This document shows, piece after piece, positions 28,864-39,077 of a stretch of 64,000 nucleotides of DNA. The notes under the pieces are model-generated. The model was not told where the DNA came from. It was given only the letters and a program-made list of their open reading frames with translations, and searched no databases. The stretch covers positions 6,011-70,010 of the forward strand of contig JBAZIZ010000001.1 of NCBI GenBank assembly GCA_041651535.1. Direction: 5' to 3'. The number at the start of each line of letters is the position of its first letter. The stretch's first letter is position 1. This DNA comes from Patescibacteria group bacterium. Its GTDB lineage: Bacteria > Patescibacteriota > Patescibacteriia > Magasanikbacterales > UBA922. The translations under genes were made by a program, and so were the position numbers.

Positions 28864-29902
28864 TAATCTTTTTAAAAAATTTGGTAAAGATATTGCGATA
28901 GATTTAGGAACTTCAAATACTTTAGTTTATACTCCAGATAAAGGAATCGTAATAAATGAACCAACTGTTGTAGCAATTAATACTAGAACAGAACAAGTTA
29001 TGTCAGTTGGTTTAGAAGCTAAAAATATGTTAGGAAAAACTCCTCCACATATTCAAGTTACTAAACCGTTAAAAAATGGCATTATTTCTGATTATGAAGT
29101 TACAGAAAAAATGTTAAAATATTTTATTGATAAAGTGCATCAAGATGGTTTTACTTTAACTACTAGACCACGTGTAATTATTGCTGTGCCTTTAGACGTG
29201 ACAGAAGTAGAAATAAAAGCTGTTGAAGATGCTGCTATTTCAGCTGGAGCCAGAGAAGTAATCATTATTCAAGATCCAATGGCAGCAGCTATTGGTTCTA
29301 GAATGCCAATCCAAGATCCGATTGGAAATATGATTGTAGATATTGGTGGCGGAAAAACTGAAATTGCTGTTATTTCTCTAGATGGTGTGGTTACTTGGAA
29401 ATCTACAAATATAGCTGGAGACGAAATGACAAAAAATATTGTTCAATATGCTAAAGAATTTTTTAATTTGTATGTTGGTGAATCTCATGCCGAAGAAATA
29501 AAAATTAAAATTGGTTCCGCAATACCAGTATCTGAAATTATAGAATTTCCAATGCGAGGTCGAGATGTGATAACTGGTTTACCAAAAGAAGTAATAATTA
29601 CTAATGAAAATGTTAGAGAAGCTTTGAAAAGAAGTGTAAAAACAATTGTTGATTATATCAAAATGACTTTAGAAATGACGCCACCAGAATTAACAGCAGA
29701 TATTCACGAAAGAGGAATATTATTATCAGGTGGAGCTTCTCTTTTAAAAGGATTAGATAAAGTTATTGCTAAAAATGCTGAAATCCCAGTTCGAATTGCA
29801 GACGATCCATTGACAGCTGTTGTCAGAGGAGCTGGTATTTTGCTTGATGAGGCTGATTTGTTATCTGAAGTCAGATTACCTTCGGCAAAAGACATAAAAT
29901 AA
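28856..29902 (+). CDS. mreB: Rod shape-determining protein MreB
   Basis: IDLGTSNT, VDIGGGKTE, LSGGASLL, ADDPLTAV. Confidence 0.95.
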   Translation: MFNNLFKKFGKDIAIDLGTSNTLVYTPDKGIVINEPTVVAINTRTEQVMSVGLEAKNMLGKTPPHIQVTKPLKNGIISDYEVTEKMLKYFIDKVHQDGFTLTTRPRVIIAVPLDVTEVEIKAVEDAAISAGAREVIIIQDPMAAAIGSRMPIQDPIGNMIVDIGGGKTEIAVISLDGVVTWKSTNIAGDEMTKNIVQYAKEFFNLYVGESHAEEIKIKIGSAIPVSEIIEFPMRGRDVITGLPKEVIITNENVREALKRSVKTIVDYIKMTLEMTPPELTADIHERGILLSGGASLLKGLDKVIAKNAEIPVRIADDPLTAVVRGAGILLDEADLLSEVRLPSAKDIK

Positions 29903-29923
29903 AAATTATTTTAATTTTTGTCT

Positions 29924-30727
29924 ATGAATAGAAATAAAAAGATAACCTTTTTATTTATCAGTTTAATTATTTTACTGACAATTTTTTTACATAGTTGTGG
30001 TTGTCTTAATTTTTTTGAAAATTTTATAAAAAAAGTAGTTTTTTCTACTTCACATTTTTTTTATAAACAAAATATTTCTATTGAAACAAAGGAATTAAAA
30101 GATCTGGATAAAGACACTCTGATTACCAAAATAAATGAAATGGCTGAACAAAAATTAAATTTAGAAAATTTTAAAAGTCAAAATCAAATGTTAATTGGAG
30201 AAAATGAAGAATTGAAAAAACAATTGAATTTTTTAAGAAATAATAATTATCAAACTATTGGAGCTGAGGTCATCAGTCGCGCTGTTGATCCTTTGGGAAC
30301 GACTTTGATTATTAATGTCGGTGAGAAAAATGGGGTTCAGATTGATAATCCAGTTATAGTTGGAGAAGGAATTTTAATTGGAAAAATTATTAAAATCGAA
30401 GAAAAAGAATCAACTGTTAGATTGATCACTGATAATAATAGTAAAATTGGAGCTACTATTTTAAATCAAAGCAAAAGTTTAGGATTAGTTGAAGGTGGTT
30501 ACGGTTTAGGAGTAAAAATGGATTTTATTCCTCAAAATGAAAATATAAATATTGGTGACACTATTGTTACTTCAGGTTTAACCGAAGGTATTCCTCGCGG
30601 TTTACTGATCGGAAAAGTGGAAATTGTTGAAAAAGAACCTCATGAACCTTTTCAACAAGCTATTCTAAAAACAAGCGCTGATCTTTCTTATTTAACCGTA
30701 GTTTCAGTCATTATTCGCGCTGAATAA
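29924..30727 (+). CDS. mreC: Rod shape-determining protein MreC
   Basis: TM + coiled coil (ENEELKKQL), GDTIVTSG..PRGLLIG; follows mreB. Confidence 0.9.
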   Translation: MNRNKKITFLFISLIILLTIFLHSCGCLNFFENFIKKVVFSTSHFFYKQNISIETKELKDLDKDTLITKINEMAEQKLNLENFKSQNQMLIGENEELKKQLNFLRNNNYQTIGAEVISRAVDPLGTTLIINVGEKNGVQIDNPVIVGEGILIGKIIKIEEKESTVRLITDNNSKIGATILNQSKSLGLVEGGYGLGVKMDFIPQNENINIGDTIVTSGLTEGIPRGLLIGKVEIVEKEPHEPFQQAILKTSADLSYLTVVSVIIRAE

Positions 30728-30734
30728 TAAAATT

Positions 30735-31265
30735 ATGTTTTATAAGTTTTTAAAATTTATTTTTTATTTTTTAGTAGCTTTGTTTTTGGTCACAGCACAA
30801 TTAGCTCTTATAAATTATCCGTGGTTTTCTTTTTTAAGACCAAATCTTTTTGTGGCTGTTATTTCGGCTATTATGATGCGTAATTCTCATGGCCAAATAG
30901 TCTGGTTTTCTTTTTGTTTATTTTTTATGTTAGACTTGTTTTCAGCAAATAATTTTGGTTTTTATTTTTTTTCTGGAACTGTTTCAACTTTGCTTATCTA
31001 TTGGTTTTTTAAAGAATTATTTTCTAAACAAACAATTTGGTCTTTAATTTTAATGATTACGCTTTTTGTTTTATCTATAGATACAATTTATTTATTTTTA
31101 ATTTATTTATTAAATAATTTTAGTTTAGTCGAATCAGTTAATTATTTTGATTTTTTTGTAAAAATGTTAATTGAAATTTTTTCTTCTGTTATTTTAGGTT
31201 TATTGATTTATCTCTCAACTGATTTAATTTTGAAAAAAATTAATAAAAAATATATTATAAATTAA
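30735..31265 (+). CDS. mreD: Rod shape-determining protein MreD
   Basis: Hydrophobic 176 aa between mreC and pbp2; PNL and LDLFS motifs. Confidence 0.7.
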   Translation: MFYKFLKFIFYFLVALFLVTAQLALINYPWFSFLRPNLFVAVISAIMMRNSHGQIVWFSFCLFFMLDLFSANNFGFYFFSGTVSTLLIYWFFKELFSKQTIWSLILMITLFVLSIDTIYLFLIYLLNNFSLVESVNYFDFFVKMLIEIFSSVILGLLIYLSTDLILKKINKKYIIN

Positions 31266-31268
31266 TTT

Positions 31269-33257
31269 ATGGACTATTTTGATCCATTTGAAAAAAAAAC
31301 CGGTGTTAAAAATGATTTAAAAGGAAAATACAGTCTGGAATGGGTGGAAAATTGTTTTTGTATTGGTGATGATAGTCAAAAAACAGATTTAATTAGTTCT
31401 GGAGTTTCACATTTAGGATCCAGCTTTAGCAATAAAAAATTTTTTTTGATCTTTCTTTTTTTAATGTTTTTTTTCGTAATTATTTTTTCTCGTTTGATAA
31501 ATTTACAATTATTGCAAGGTGAATATTATCGTGAACGAGCTGAAAATAATCGCCAAAGAATTTTACCAGTAGAATCAGAAAGAGGACTTATTTATGATCG
31601 AAACGGAAAACAATTAGTACAAAATATACCGAATTTTTCTTTAGCAGTTATTCCACAAGATTTACCCAGAGAAGAAAAAGATTTATCACTAGTTATTGAT
31701 AAATTATCAGAACTTACAAATTTATCAAGAGAAGATTTCGCTCAAATTATAGATAAATATAAAGATTATAATACAGAATCTATAGTCATCGTAGAAGATA
31801 TAGATTACGAAGCAGCTTTAAAAATCGAAGTTGCTGCGGCAGATTTACCAGGAATTTATGTGCAGAGAGGAAGTAAAAGGTTTTATTTAACTAAAAATGA
31901 AGAAAATATTTCAGAATCTAATTTTTCTGAAGAAATGAATAATTCAAATAGTTTTTCTCATGTTTTGGGTTATATAGGAAAATTATCGGCTGAAGAATTA
32001 AAAAATTTATATACAAAAGGTTATTTACCTTCGGATTCAATAGGTAAAACTGGAGTAGAAAAAATATACGAGGAATATTTACGCGGTGTTTATGGAAAAA
32101 AAATTATTGAAGTAAATTCTATTGGTAAAGAGCAAAATGTATTAGCCGAAGAAGCTCCAGTTTCTGGAGATCATATAAAACTTACAATTGATTTTGAAAT
32201 GCAATCCAATCTGGAAAAAATAATCAAAGATAAATTAGCTGTGTATGGAAAAAAACGTGCTTCAGCTATTGCCATGAACCCAAAAAACGGTGAGATTTTA
32301 GCTTTGGTAAGTTATCCGGGTTTTGATAATAATGATTTTTCGGGTGGAATTGATTATAAAACTTATCAAAAATATATAAATGATGAAAATAATCCGCTTT
32401 TTAATCGAGCTATTGGTGGTAATTTTCCTTCTGGTTCAGTTATAAAACCAGTCATGGCCACAGCTGCTTTACAAGAAAAAATTATTGATTCACAAACAAG
32501 TTTTTTGAGTTCGGGAGGTTTACAAGTTGGTGATTGGTTTTTTCCTGATTGGTTAGCTGGTGGGCATGGCAACACTAATGTCAGACAATCTTTAGCTAAT
32601 TCAGTTAATACTTTTTATTATTATATTGGCGGTGGATATGGAAATTTTAAAGGACTTGGGGTTTTTAAAATTGATGAGTATTTATCTTTATTTGGTTTTT
32701 CTCAAAAAACAGGAATAGATTTACCAGCAGAAAATGAAGGTTTTATTCCAACTCCAGAATGGAAAAAAAGAGTAAAAAATGAAAGATGGTATGTAGGGGA
32801 TACTTATAATTTATCTATTGGTCAAGGAGATTTATTAGTTACACCTTTACAAATAGCTAACATGACTTCTATTATTGCTAATAATGGAACTTTTTATAAA
32901 CCACATGTTTTGTATTCAATTTTAGATTCAGAAAATAATTTTGAAGATTTTTTTGAAAAAGAAATTGTTAAAGAAAATTTTCTTGATTCTTATAATTTGA
33001 GTATTGTGAGAGCGGGAATGAAAGATTGCGTTGAGTATGGTTCTTGTCGACTTTTGAATAATTTAAAATTTAATGTTGCAGGAAAAACTGGAACTGCTCA
33101 ATGGAGTAATAGTCATGATACTCATGCTTGGTTTACTTCTTTTGCTCCAGTTGAAGATCCACAAATTGTTGTTACAATAATGGTAGAAGAAGGTGGTGAA
33201 GGAAGTTCTGTAGCTGCTCCAATCGCTTATGAATTTTACAAGACTTTAAAAATGTAA
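31269..33257 (+). CDS. mrdA: Penicillin-binding protein 2
   Basis: RGLIYDRNG, GSVIK (SxxK), SVN, KTGTAQ. Confidence 0.93.
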   Translation: MDYFDPFEKKTGVKNDLKGKYSLEWVENCFCIGDDSQKTDLISSGVSHLGSSFSNKKFFLIFLFLMFFFVIIFSRLINLQLLQGEYYRERAENNRQRILPVESERGLIYDRNGKQLVQNIPNFSLAVIPQDLPREEKDLSLVIDKLSELTNLSREDFAQIIDKYKDYNTESIVIVEDIDYEAALKIEVAAADLPGIYVQRGSKRFYLTKNEENISESNFSEEMNNSNSFSHVLGYIGKLSAEELKNLYTKGYLPSDSIGKTGVEKIYEEYLRGVYGKKIIEVNSIGKEQNVLAEEAPVSGDHIKLTIDFEMQSNLEKIIKDKLAVYGKKRASAIAMNPKNGEILALVSYPGFDNNDFSGGIDYKTYQKYINDENNPLFNRAIGGNFPSGSVIKPVMATAALQEKIIDSQTSFLSSGGLQVGDWFFPDWLAGGHGNTNVRQSLANSVNTFYYYIGGGYGNFKGLGVFKIDEYLSLFGFSQKTGIDLPAENEGFIPTPEWKKRVKNERWYVGDTYNLSIGQGDLLVTPLQIANMTSIIANNGTFYKPHVLYSILDSENNFEDFFEKEIVKENFLDSYNLSIVRAGMKDCVEYGSCRLLNNLKFNVAGKTGTAQWSNSHDTHAWFTSFAPVEDPQIVVTIMVEEGGEGSSVAAPIAYEFYKTLKM

Positions 33258-33318
33258 TATAATATAAAATATTTTGTATTATAATAATTATTAAAAATTA
33301 ATTTTAAATTTTAAAACT

Positions 33319-34089
33319 ATGTCAGAAGAAAAAAAGAGTTTAAAAGAATTAATAAGTCTTTTGTCACCATTACATTCATTTTTAATTGGAATATTAGGTG
33401 GTTTATTGGTTTTGTGTACTGTCGGTTTTTTTGTTTTAATACCAATTGTTTTGAATTGCGATGGAACTTGTAAAGCAGAAAATACTGAAGAATTAAATTT
33501 TAAAGCCCCAGAAAAATTTAGCCAATGTTTAGATAGTAATAAATATGCAGATACTGTAAAAAATGATATTGCTTTAGGAACTAAATTTGGAGTTAATGGT
33601 ACACCTGCTACTTTTATTAATGGTTATTTATTAAGTGGAGCTCTCCCAATTGAAGAAGTAAAGGGAATTGTTGATGAAATTTTAGCTGGTAAAGAACCTA
33701 GTTCAGAATATTTATCTAAAGATGAACAAGGAAAATTATTAAAAGTTGATATTAAAGAGTCAGATTTGTCTGATGTATTTTGGGCAGGAAATAAAAAAGC
33801 GACTGTAACTTTAGTTGAATTTTCAGATTTTGAATGCCCTTATTGTACAAGATTTTCAGCTACTGTCGAACAACTTTTAGCTGATTATGGAGATAAAATA
33901 AAATTTACTTTCCGCAATTTCCCTTTATCATTTCATGCTAATGCCCAAAAAGCAGCCGAAGCTTTTGAATGTGCTAAAGAACAGGGAAAAGCTTTGGAAA
34001 TGCATAATAAATTATTTGAATTGTCTGGTAATGATAGTTTAAGTATAAATAATTATAAAAAAGCAGCTAGTGAACTTGGATTAAAATAA
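33319..34089 (+). CDS. Membrane-anchored DsbA/BdbD-like oxidoreductase, circularly permuted
   Basis: GVNGTPATFING segment precedes EFSDFECPYC...FPLSFH..A..AA.A.ECA..QGK. Confidence 0.85.
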   Translation: MSEEKKSLKELISLLSPLHSFLIGILGGLLVLCTVGFFVLIPIVLNCDGTCKAENTEELNFKAPEKFSQCLDSNKYADTVKNDIALGTKFGVNGTPATFINGYLLSGALPIEEVKGIVDEILAGKEPSSEYLSKDEQGKLLKVDIKESDLSDVFWAGNKKATVTLVEFSDFECPYCTRFSATVEQLLADYGDKIKFTFRNFPLSFHANAQKAAEAFECAKEQGKALEMHNKLFELSGNDSLSINNYKKAASELGLK

Positions 34090-34112
34090 AACTAAATCTA
34101 AAAGATATTTTG

Positions 34113-34144
34113 AAAGACTTTCAATAAAATGAAGGTCTTTTTTT
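34113..34144 (+). terminator. Intrinsic terminator
   Basis: aaagactttca ataaaa tgaaggtcttt tttt. Confidence 0.65.
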
Positions 34145-34201
34145 ATTTTACAAAAGGTCTTTTTTGTGCTAATATTATGAAATAAATATCTAAAATAAAA
34201 T

Positions 34202-35266
34202 ATGTTAGACGATATAAAAAATATAAAAAAAATTGATTCTAAAAACATGCTTGGTAGTTTACAATTATTATATAAACAAGTCGAACAAATATATCAAGAA
34301 TCAAATTATTTAGAAATTCCAAAATCATATAAAAAAGTAAAAAATATTGTTGTTTTTGGTATGGGCGGTTCAGCTCTTGGAGCTCAAGTTATAAAAAATG
34401 TATTTGCTAATAATATAAAAATTTCTTTGGAAATTGTAAATGATTATAATGTACCAAAATTTGTAAATAACAATACTTTGGCTATTTGTTCTAGCTATTC
34501 GGGAAGTACAGAAGAAGTGCTTACAGTTTTTGAAGAATTAAAAAAACGTCATGCAAAAATAATAGTCATAGCAGCTGGTGGAAAATTGGCAAGTTTTGCA
34601 AAAATAAATAAATTACCAGCGCTTGTTTTTAAAACAGAAAATAATCCTTGTTCATCACCACGTATGGGACTTGGTTATTCTATTTTTGGTCAAATTATTT
34701 TACTTAATAAAATAGGAATTTTAAAAATCTCTCAAAAATATTTTAAAGAAATTGTTGCAACTATTGCTTTTTATGATTCTTTTTTTGGTGTACTTACTCC
34801 TAAAAAAGAAAATATTGCTAAACAATTAGCAGAAAAAATGATAAATTTTTCAGTTTTTTATGTTGCTTCAGAACATTTAGTAGGAAACGCTCATATTGCT
34901 GCTAATCAAATGAACGAAAATGCAAAAAGATTTGCTGCTTATTTTACTTTACCAGAATTGAATCATCATTTATTAGAAGGCATGGCTTATCCAGAAAGTA
35001 ATAAAAAAAATTTATTTTTTGTTTTATTTAAATCAAAAAATTATTTTTCACGTACACAAAAAAGATATGATATTACTACAAAAGTTTTGCAAAAAAATCA
35101 AATAAAAAATTTTGTTTATGAAACAAAAGAAAAAGATAAAATTTTAGAAATGTGCGAACTATTAGTTTTAGGAAGTTATGTTAGTTATTATTTAGCAATA
35201 CTCAAAAAGATTGATCCGACGGCTATACCTTATGTTGATTTTTTTAAGAAACGAATGGGGAATTAG
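34202..35266 (+). CDS. Bifunctional phosphoglucose/phosphomannose isomerase (SIS)
   Basis: GMGGSA, SYSGSTEE, PRMG, NENAK, PELNHH. Confidence 0.9.
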   Translation: MLDDIKNIKKIDSKNMLGSLQLLYKQVEQIYQESNYLEIPKSYKKVKNIVVFGMGGSALGAQVIKNVFANNIKISLEIVNDYNVPKFVNNNTLAICSSYSGSTEEVLTVFEELKKRHAKIIVIAAGGKLASFAKINKLPALVFKTENNPCSSPRMGLGYSIFGQIILLNKIGILKISQKYFKEIVATIAFYDSFFGVLTPKKENIAKQLAEKMINFSVFYVASEHLVGNAHIAANQMNENAKRFAAYFTLPELNHHLLEGMAYPESNKKNLFFVLFKSKNYFSRTQKRYDITTKVLQKNQIKNFVYETKEKDKILEMCELLVLGSYVSYYLAILKKIDPTAIPYVDFFKKRMGN

Positions 35267-35280
35267 CAAGTAAAGATAAT

Positions 35281-36129
35281 ATGAAAATATCAATAATCAC
35301 CGTTACTTGGAATAATGAAAAGACAATAAAAAAGCAAATAGAAAGTGTAAAAAAAGGCGCCGGTGATTTAGAATTTGAAGAAATCATTATTGATAATAAC
35401 TCAACTGATAATACTGTTGAAATAATTAAAAAATATCCTGAAATAAAGTTAATTCAAAATAAAGAAAATTTAGGTTTTGCTGCCGCTAACAATCAAGGTT
35501 ATAAAATTGCGAGTGGTGAATTTATTTTATTTTTAAATCCTGATAATGAACTTGAAGAAAATTCTTTAAAAAAAATAATTCAAAAAATGGAAAGCGACCC
35601 AGCAATAGGATTATTAAGTGTTAAATTGGTTAATACTGATGGAACTTATAATAAAAATGCTGGACCAAGAAGATTTCCAAAACTTTTTAATCAAATTGCT
35701 TTACTATTAAAAATTCCTCATCTATTTCCAAAAGTTTTAGATAATTATTTGATGACAGATTTTGATCCGGAAAAAGAACAAGAAGTGGACAGTGTTCGTG
35801 GTGCTTTTATGTTATTACAAAAAACAACTTTGGATAAATTAGGTTTTGCTTTTGACCCTCGTTATTTCATTTGGTTTGAAGATGTTGATTTGTGTAGAGA
35901 AATAAAAAAATTAAACTTAAAAGTAATTTATACACCGATTGTAACTTGCATTGATCTTTTTGGACAAAGTTTTAAACAAAGAACAAATATTTGGAAACAA
36001 AAAATTTTTACAAAAAGCATGTTATTGTATTTCAAAAAATGGGAGAAAATGTATATTTGGATTTGGGTTGCTATTTTTAGGCCAGTAGCTGTTTTTATTG
36101 TTCGGTTGGATAATTTAAGAAAAAAATAA
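35281..36129 (+). CDS. Glycosyltransferase family 2 (WbbL-like)
   Basis: NLGFAAANN, LNPD, GAFML, FEDVDLC. Confidence 0.9.
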   Translation: MKISIITVTWNNEKTIKKQIESVKKGAGDLEFEEIIIDNNSTDNTVEIIKKYPEIKLIQNKENLGFAAANNQGYKIASGEFILFLNPDNELEENSLKKIIQKMESDPAIGLLSVKLVNTDGTYNKNAGPRRFPKLFNQIALLLKIPHLFPKVLDNYLMTDFDPEKEQEVDSVRGAFMLLQKTTLDKLGFAFDPRYFIWFEDVDLCREIKKLNLKVIYTPIVTCIDLFGQSFKQRTNIWKQKIFTKSMLLYFKKWEKMYIWIWVAIFRPVAVFIVRLDNLRKK

Positions 36130-36131
36130 TT

Positions 36132-37181
36132 ATGAATAAATTAGCCATAAATTTAGTTGTTTGGAATGGAGCTAAATATATTCCTTATCTTTTTGATTCG
36201 CTTAAAAAACAAAAATTTCAAGATTTTAAATTATATATTCTAGATAATAATTCAACTGATAATACTGTAAAATTGATAGAAAAAGAATTAGAATCAGTAA
36301 ATTTTCAATATGATTTTTATAAAAATAAAGAAAATTTAGGTTTTGCTGGTGGTCATAATGAATTGTATCAAAAAATAGTTGAAAAATATTTTCTTCTTTT
36401 AAATCAAGATATGTATTTAAAAGAAGATTGTCTCGAAAAACTAATTGATTTTTTGGATAAAAATGAAGATGTAGCTGTGATTTCACCTCGACTTATGAAA
36501 TGGAATTTTGAAAATATAGAAAACGGTTTAGAAAAAAGTTTTAGTAATAAAATCGATACGCTCGGTTTGAAACTTTATAAAAATAGACAAGTTTCTGAAA
36601 TTTTTGCAGAATATGATTGGGAAGAAATTAAAAATAATTTTACAGATAATAAATTAGAAGTATTTGGAGTTTCTGGAGCCCAGCCAGTTTTTAGAAAAAA
36701 TATAATTGATAAAATAAGACTTTCAGAATCAGAATTTTTAGATTCAGATTATCATTCTTATAAAGAAGATGTTGATCTTGCTTATCGTTTAGCAACTACA
36801 AAAAATAAAGCTTATATAATTTTAGATGCGATTACTTATCATGATCGGACAGCCAGTGGCTTAAAAGAAATAAATAAGAAAAATATTATAAAACATAAAC
36901 AAAATCAAAGCGATTATGTCCAGTATAATAGTTATAAAAATCATTTATTAACTATTTACAAAAATGAATACTGGCAAAATTTTCTTATTGATTTTTTTTC
37001 TATTTTATGGTATGAATTAAAGAAATTCTTTTTCTATCTTTATTTTAAACCGAAGATATTAAAAGCTTGGATTGAAATTTTTAAATTGAGAAAAAAGATT
37101 CAAAATAAGCGAAAAATTATAAAAAATTACAGAAAATTAAGTTCGCAAGAATTTAGAAAATTTATAGAGATAAAATATTAA
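36132..37181 (+). CDS. Glycosyltransferase family 2
   Basis: DNNSTD, NLGFAGGHN, LNQD, KEDVDLAYR. Confidence 0.9.
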   Translation: MNKLAINLVVWNGAKYIPYLFDSLKKQKFQDFKLYILDNNSTDNTVKLIEKELESVNFQYDFYKNKENLGFAGGHNELYQKIVEKYFLLLNQDMYLKEDCLEKLIDFLDKNEDVAVISPRLMKWNFENIENGLEKSFSNKIDTLGLKLYKNRQVSEIFAEYDWEEIKNNFTDNKLEVFGVSGAQPVFRKNIIDKIRLSESEFLDSDYHSYKEDVDLAYRLATTKNKAYIILDAITYHDRTASGLKEINKKNIIKHKQNQSDYVQYNSYKNHLLTIYKNEYWQNFLIDFFSILWYELKKFFFYLYFKPKILKAWIEIFKLRKKIQNKRKIIKNYRKLSSQEFRKFIEIKY

Positions 37182-37185
37182 AATT

Positions 37186-37566
37186 ATGTCCGAATATAGA
37201 AAACCTCAAATTATAGAGGAAAAATCAAATATTGAAAAAACAGCGGAAAAACTTCCAGCTATTTTTGCTCACATAGTTAATAATTATTTTTCAGTTGTTT
37301 CAGCAATTCTAGAAAATGAAATCCCTCATAATTTTTTAGAAAAAATGCCATTAAAAAATTTTAAAGATTCTGTGATGGATAATTTTGATAGAGGAGTGAT
37401 AAATGAAGAACAAGTAAAAGAACTTTTTTCTCGTCCTGATTTTATCGAAGAATATGATAATTTTATAAATAAATTTCAAAAAATTATATCTGAAAATAAA
37501 TTAATTGAAAAACAGGAAGAATTAACAAAAGAAATGAATAATATTTTAAATAAAATAGAGAAATAA
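37186..37566 (+). CDS. Hypothetical acidic protein
   Basis: 126-aa ORF with 4-5 bp gaps to both neighbours. Confidence 0.65.
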   Translation: MSEYRKPQIIEEKSNIEKTAEKLPAIFAHIVNNYFSVVSAILENEIPHNFLEKMPLKNFKDSVMDNFDRGVINEEQVKELFSRPDFIEEYDNFINKFQKIISENKLIEKQEELTKEMNNILNKIEK

Positions 37567-37571
37567 TAATT

Positions 37572-38417
37572 ATGAAAGATATCAATATAGTTTTTTTAAA
37601 CTATTTAATGAAAGATGATATTTTGCGAGCGGTTGAATCGTTGATTTTGGATATCAAAACAAGTAAATATGATGTGCAAATAACAGTAGCTGATAATTCT
37701 GAAAATAAAGATAATATCAAAGAGGCTTTGTTAGAAAGATTTCCGCAAGTAAATTATATTGATTGTGGTGGAAACATTGGTTTTGGAGCTGGAAATAATA
37801 AAGGTTTTAAATCATGTGAAGCAAGATATTATTTTGCTTTGAATCGTGATACTATAATTCCAGAAAATTCGCAAACTATAGACAAAATTATTGAATTTAT
37901 GGATTCTCATCCAAAAATTGCTTGTATTGGTCCGAAATTATTAAATATGGACGGTTCATTGCAATATTCTTGTTATCGTTTTGATTTGCCATCTATTTTA
38001 ATCAAACCATTAAAACAAATAAATTTTGATAAAAAATATAATTGGGTGAAAAAACATGCTGACAAACTGATCATGAAAGATTTTGATCATAATGAAACTC
38101 GGCCAGTTGATTGGGTTTTAGGGGCAGCTTTGGTAGTCAGAAAAGAAGTTGTTGATAAAATTGGTTGGTTTGATGATAGATATTTTATGTATTTAGAAGA
38201 TTGTGATTGGTGTCATCGAATGTGGGAAAAAAATATGCCAGTTTATTATGTTCATGATATCGTAATTTTGCATGCTCACGCTCGAGAATCCGCAAAAGTC
38301 CCAGGTATGTTTAAAGCTGTTTTTAAAAATAAATTAGCTAGAATCCACGCCAATAGTTGGATAAAATATTTGTGGAAATGGCGTGGAAATCATAGATTTT
38401 ATAAAACTAAATATTAA
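37572..38417 (+). CDS. Glycosyltransferase family 2 (WbbL-like)
   Basis: NIGFGAGNN, LNRD, VDWVLGA, FMYLEDCDWC. Confidence 0.9.
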   Translation: MKDINIVFLNYLMKDDILRAVESLILDIKTSKYDVQITVADNSENKDNIKEALLERFPQVNYIDCGGNIGFGAGNNKGFKSCEARYYFALNRDTIIPENSQTIDKIIEFMDSHPKIACIGPKLLNMDGSLQYSCYRFDLPSILIKPLKQINFDKKYNWVKKHADKLIMKDFDHNETRPVDWVLGAALVVRKEVVDKIGWFDDRYFMYLEDCDWCHRMWEKNMPVYYVHDIVILHAHARESAKVPGMFKAVFKNKLARIHANSWIKYLWKWRGNHRFYKTKY

Positions 38418-38421
38418 AATT

Positions 38422-39057
38422 ATGTCTGAAAAAATAAATGAACAAGAAAGAATGGAAATTGAAAAAGATATTTTTATCAAAAGTTTAAGATTTGGTTTAC
38501 TAGACTCAGCTCTTGAAGTCCAAAAAAGAGTAGGTGACAAAATTGATTGGAAAAAAATTCCTGGCTATGATAAGGCTGTAGAAAATTGTTTTTTGCAAAA
38601 TTTAAAAAATCTTTATACAGATAAATTATTATATATTCAAAATAATTTAGCTGAAGGAAAAGATTTATCTACTATAGAAAATTATAAAAATATTGTTTTT
38701 GAAAGTATTTGGAATAAAATGGAAAATGAATCATCTTTTTCTGAAATAATGGATTTTTTAGAAACAGATTTGGGAAAAAACATAAAAATAGAAGATGCAC
38801 CTGATTATGAAAAAAGAATGTCAAAAATTTTTTCTTTAGCTTTAGAAAGATTAGACATAAAAGAAGTAGAAAAAATCAAAGAAAATTTTGCGAAAAATCT
38901 TGATTTAAAAATTGTAATTAAAGATGTTTTTAATTTTTTTATGAGAAGAGGTGAAATCAAAAAAGCCTTAGATATTAAAAAAAGTTTTATTGCGAAAGAC
39001 ATTGATTTTACTGAAGACACAAAAAATAATCTTGATTATTTGTGGAATAAAAAATAA
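38422..39057 (+). CDS. Hypothetical helical-repeat protein
   Basis: ATG 38422; about five degenerate 33-41 aa repeats. Confidence 0.65.
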   Translation: MSEKINEQERMEIEKDIFIKSLRFGLLDSALEVQKRVGDKIDWKKIPGYDKAVENCFLQNLKNLYTDKLLYIQNNLAEGKDLSTIENYKNIVFESIWNKMENESSFSEIMDFLETDLGKNIKIEDAPDYEKRMSKIFSLALERLDIKEVEKIKENFAKNLDLKIVIKDVFNFFMRRGEIKKALDIKKSFIAKDIDFTEDTKNNLDYLWNKK

Positions 39058-39077
39058 TAAAAAAATAATTTAAATTT

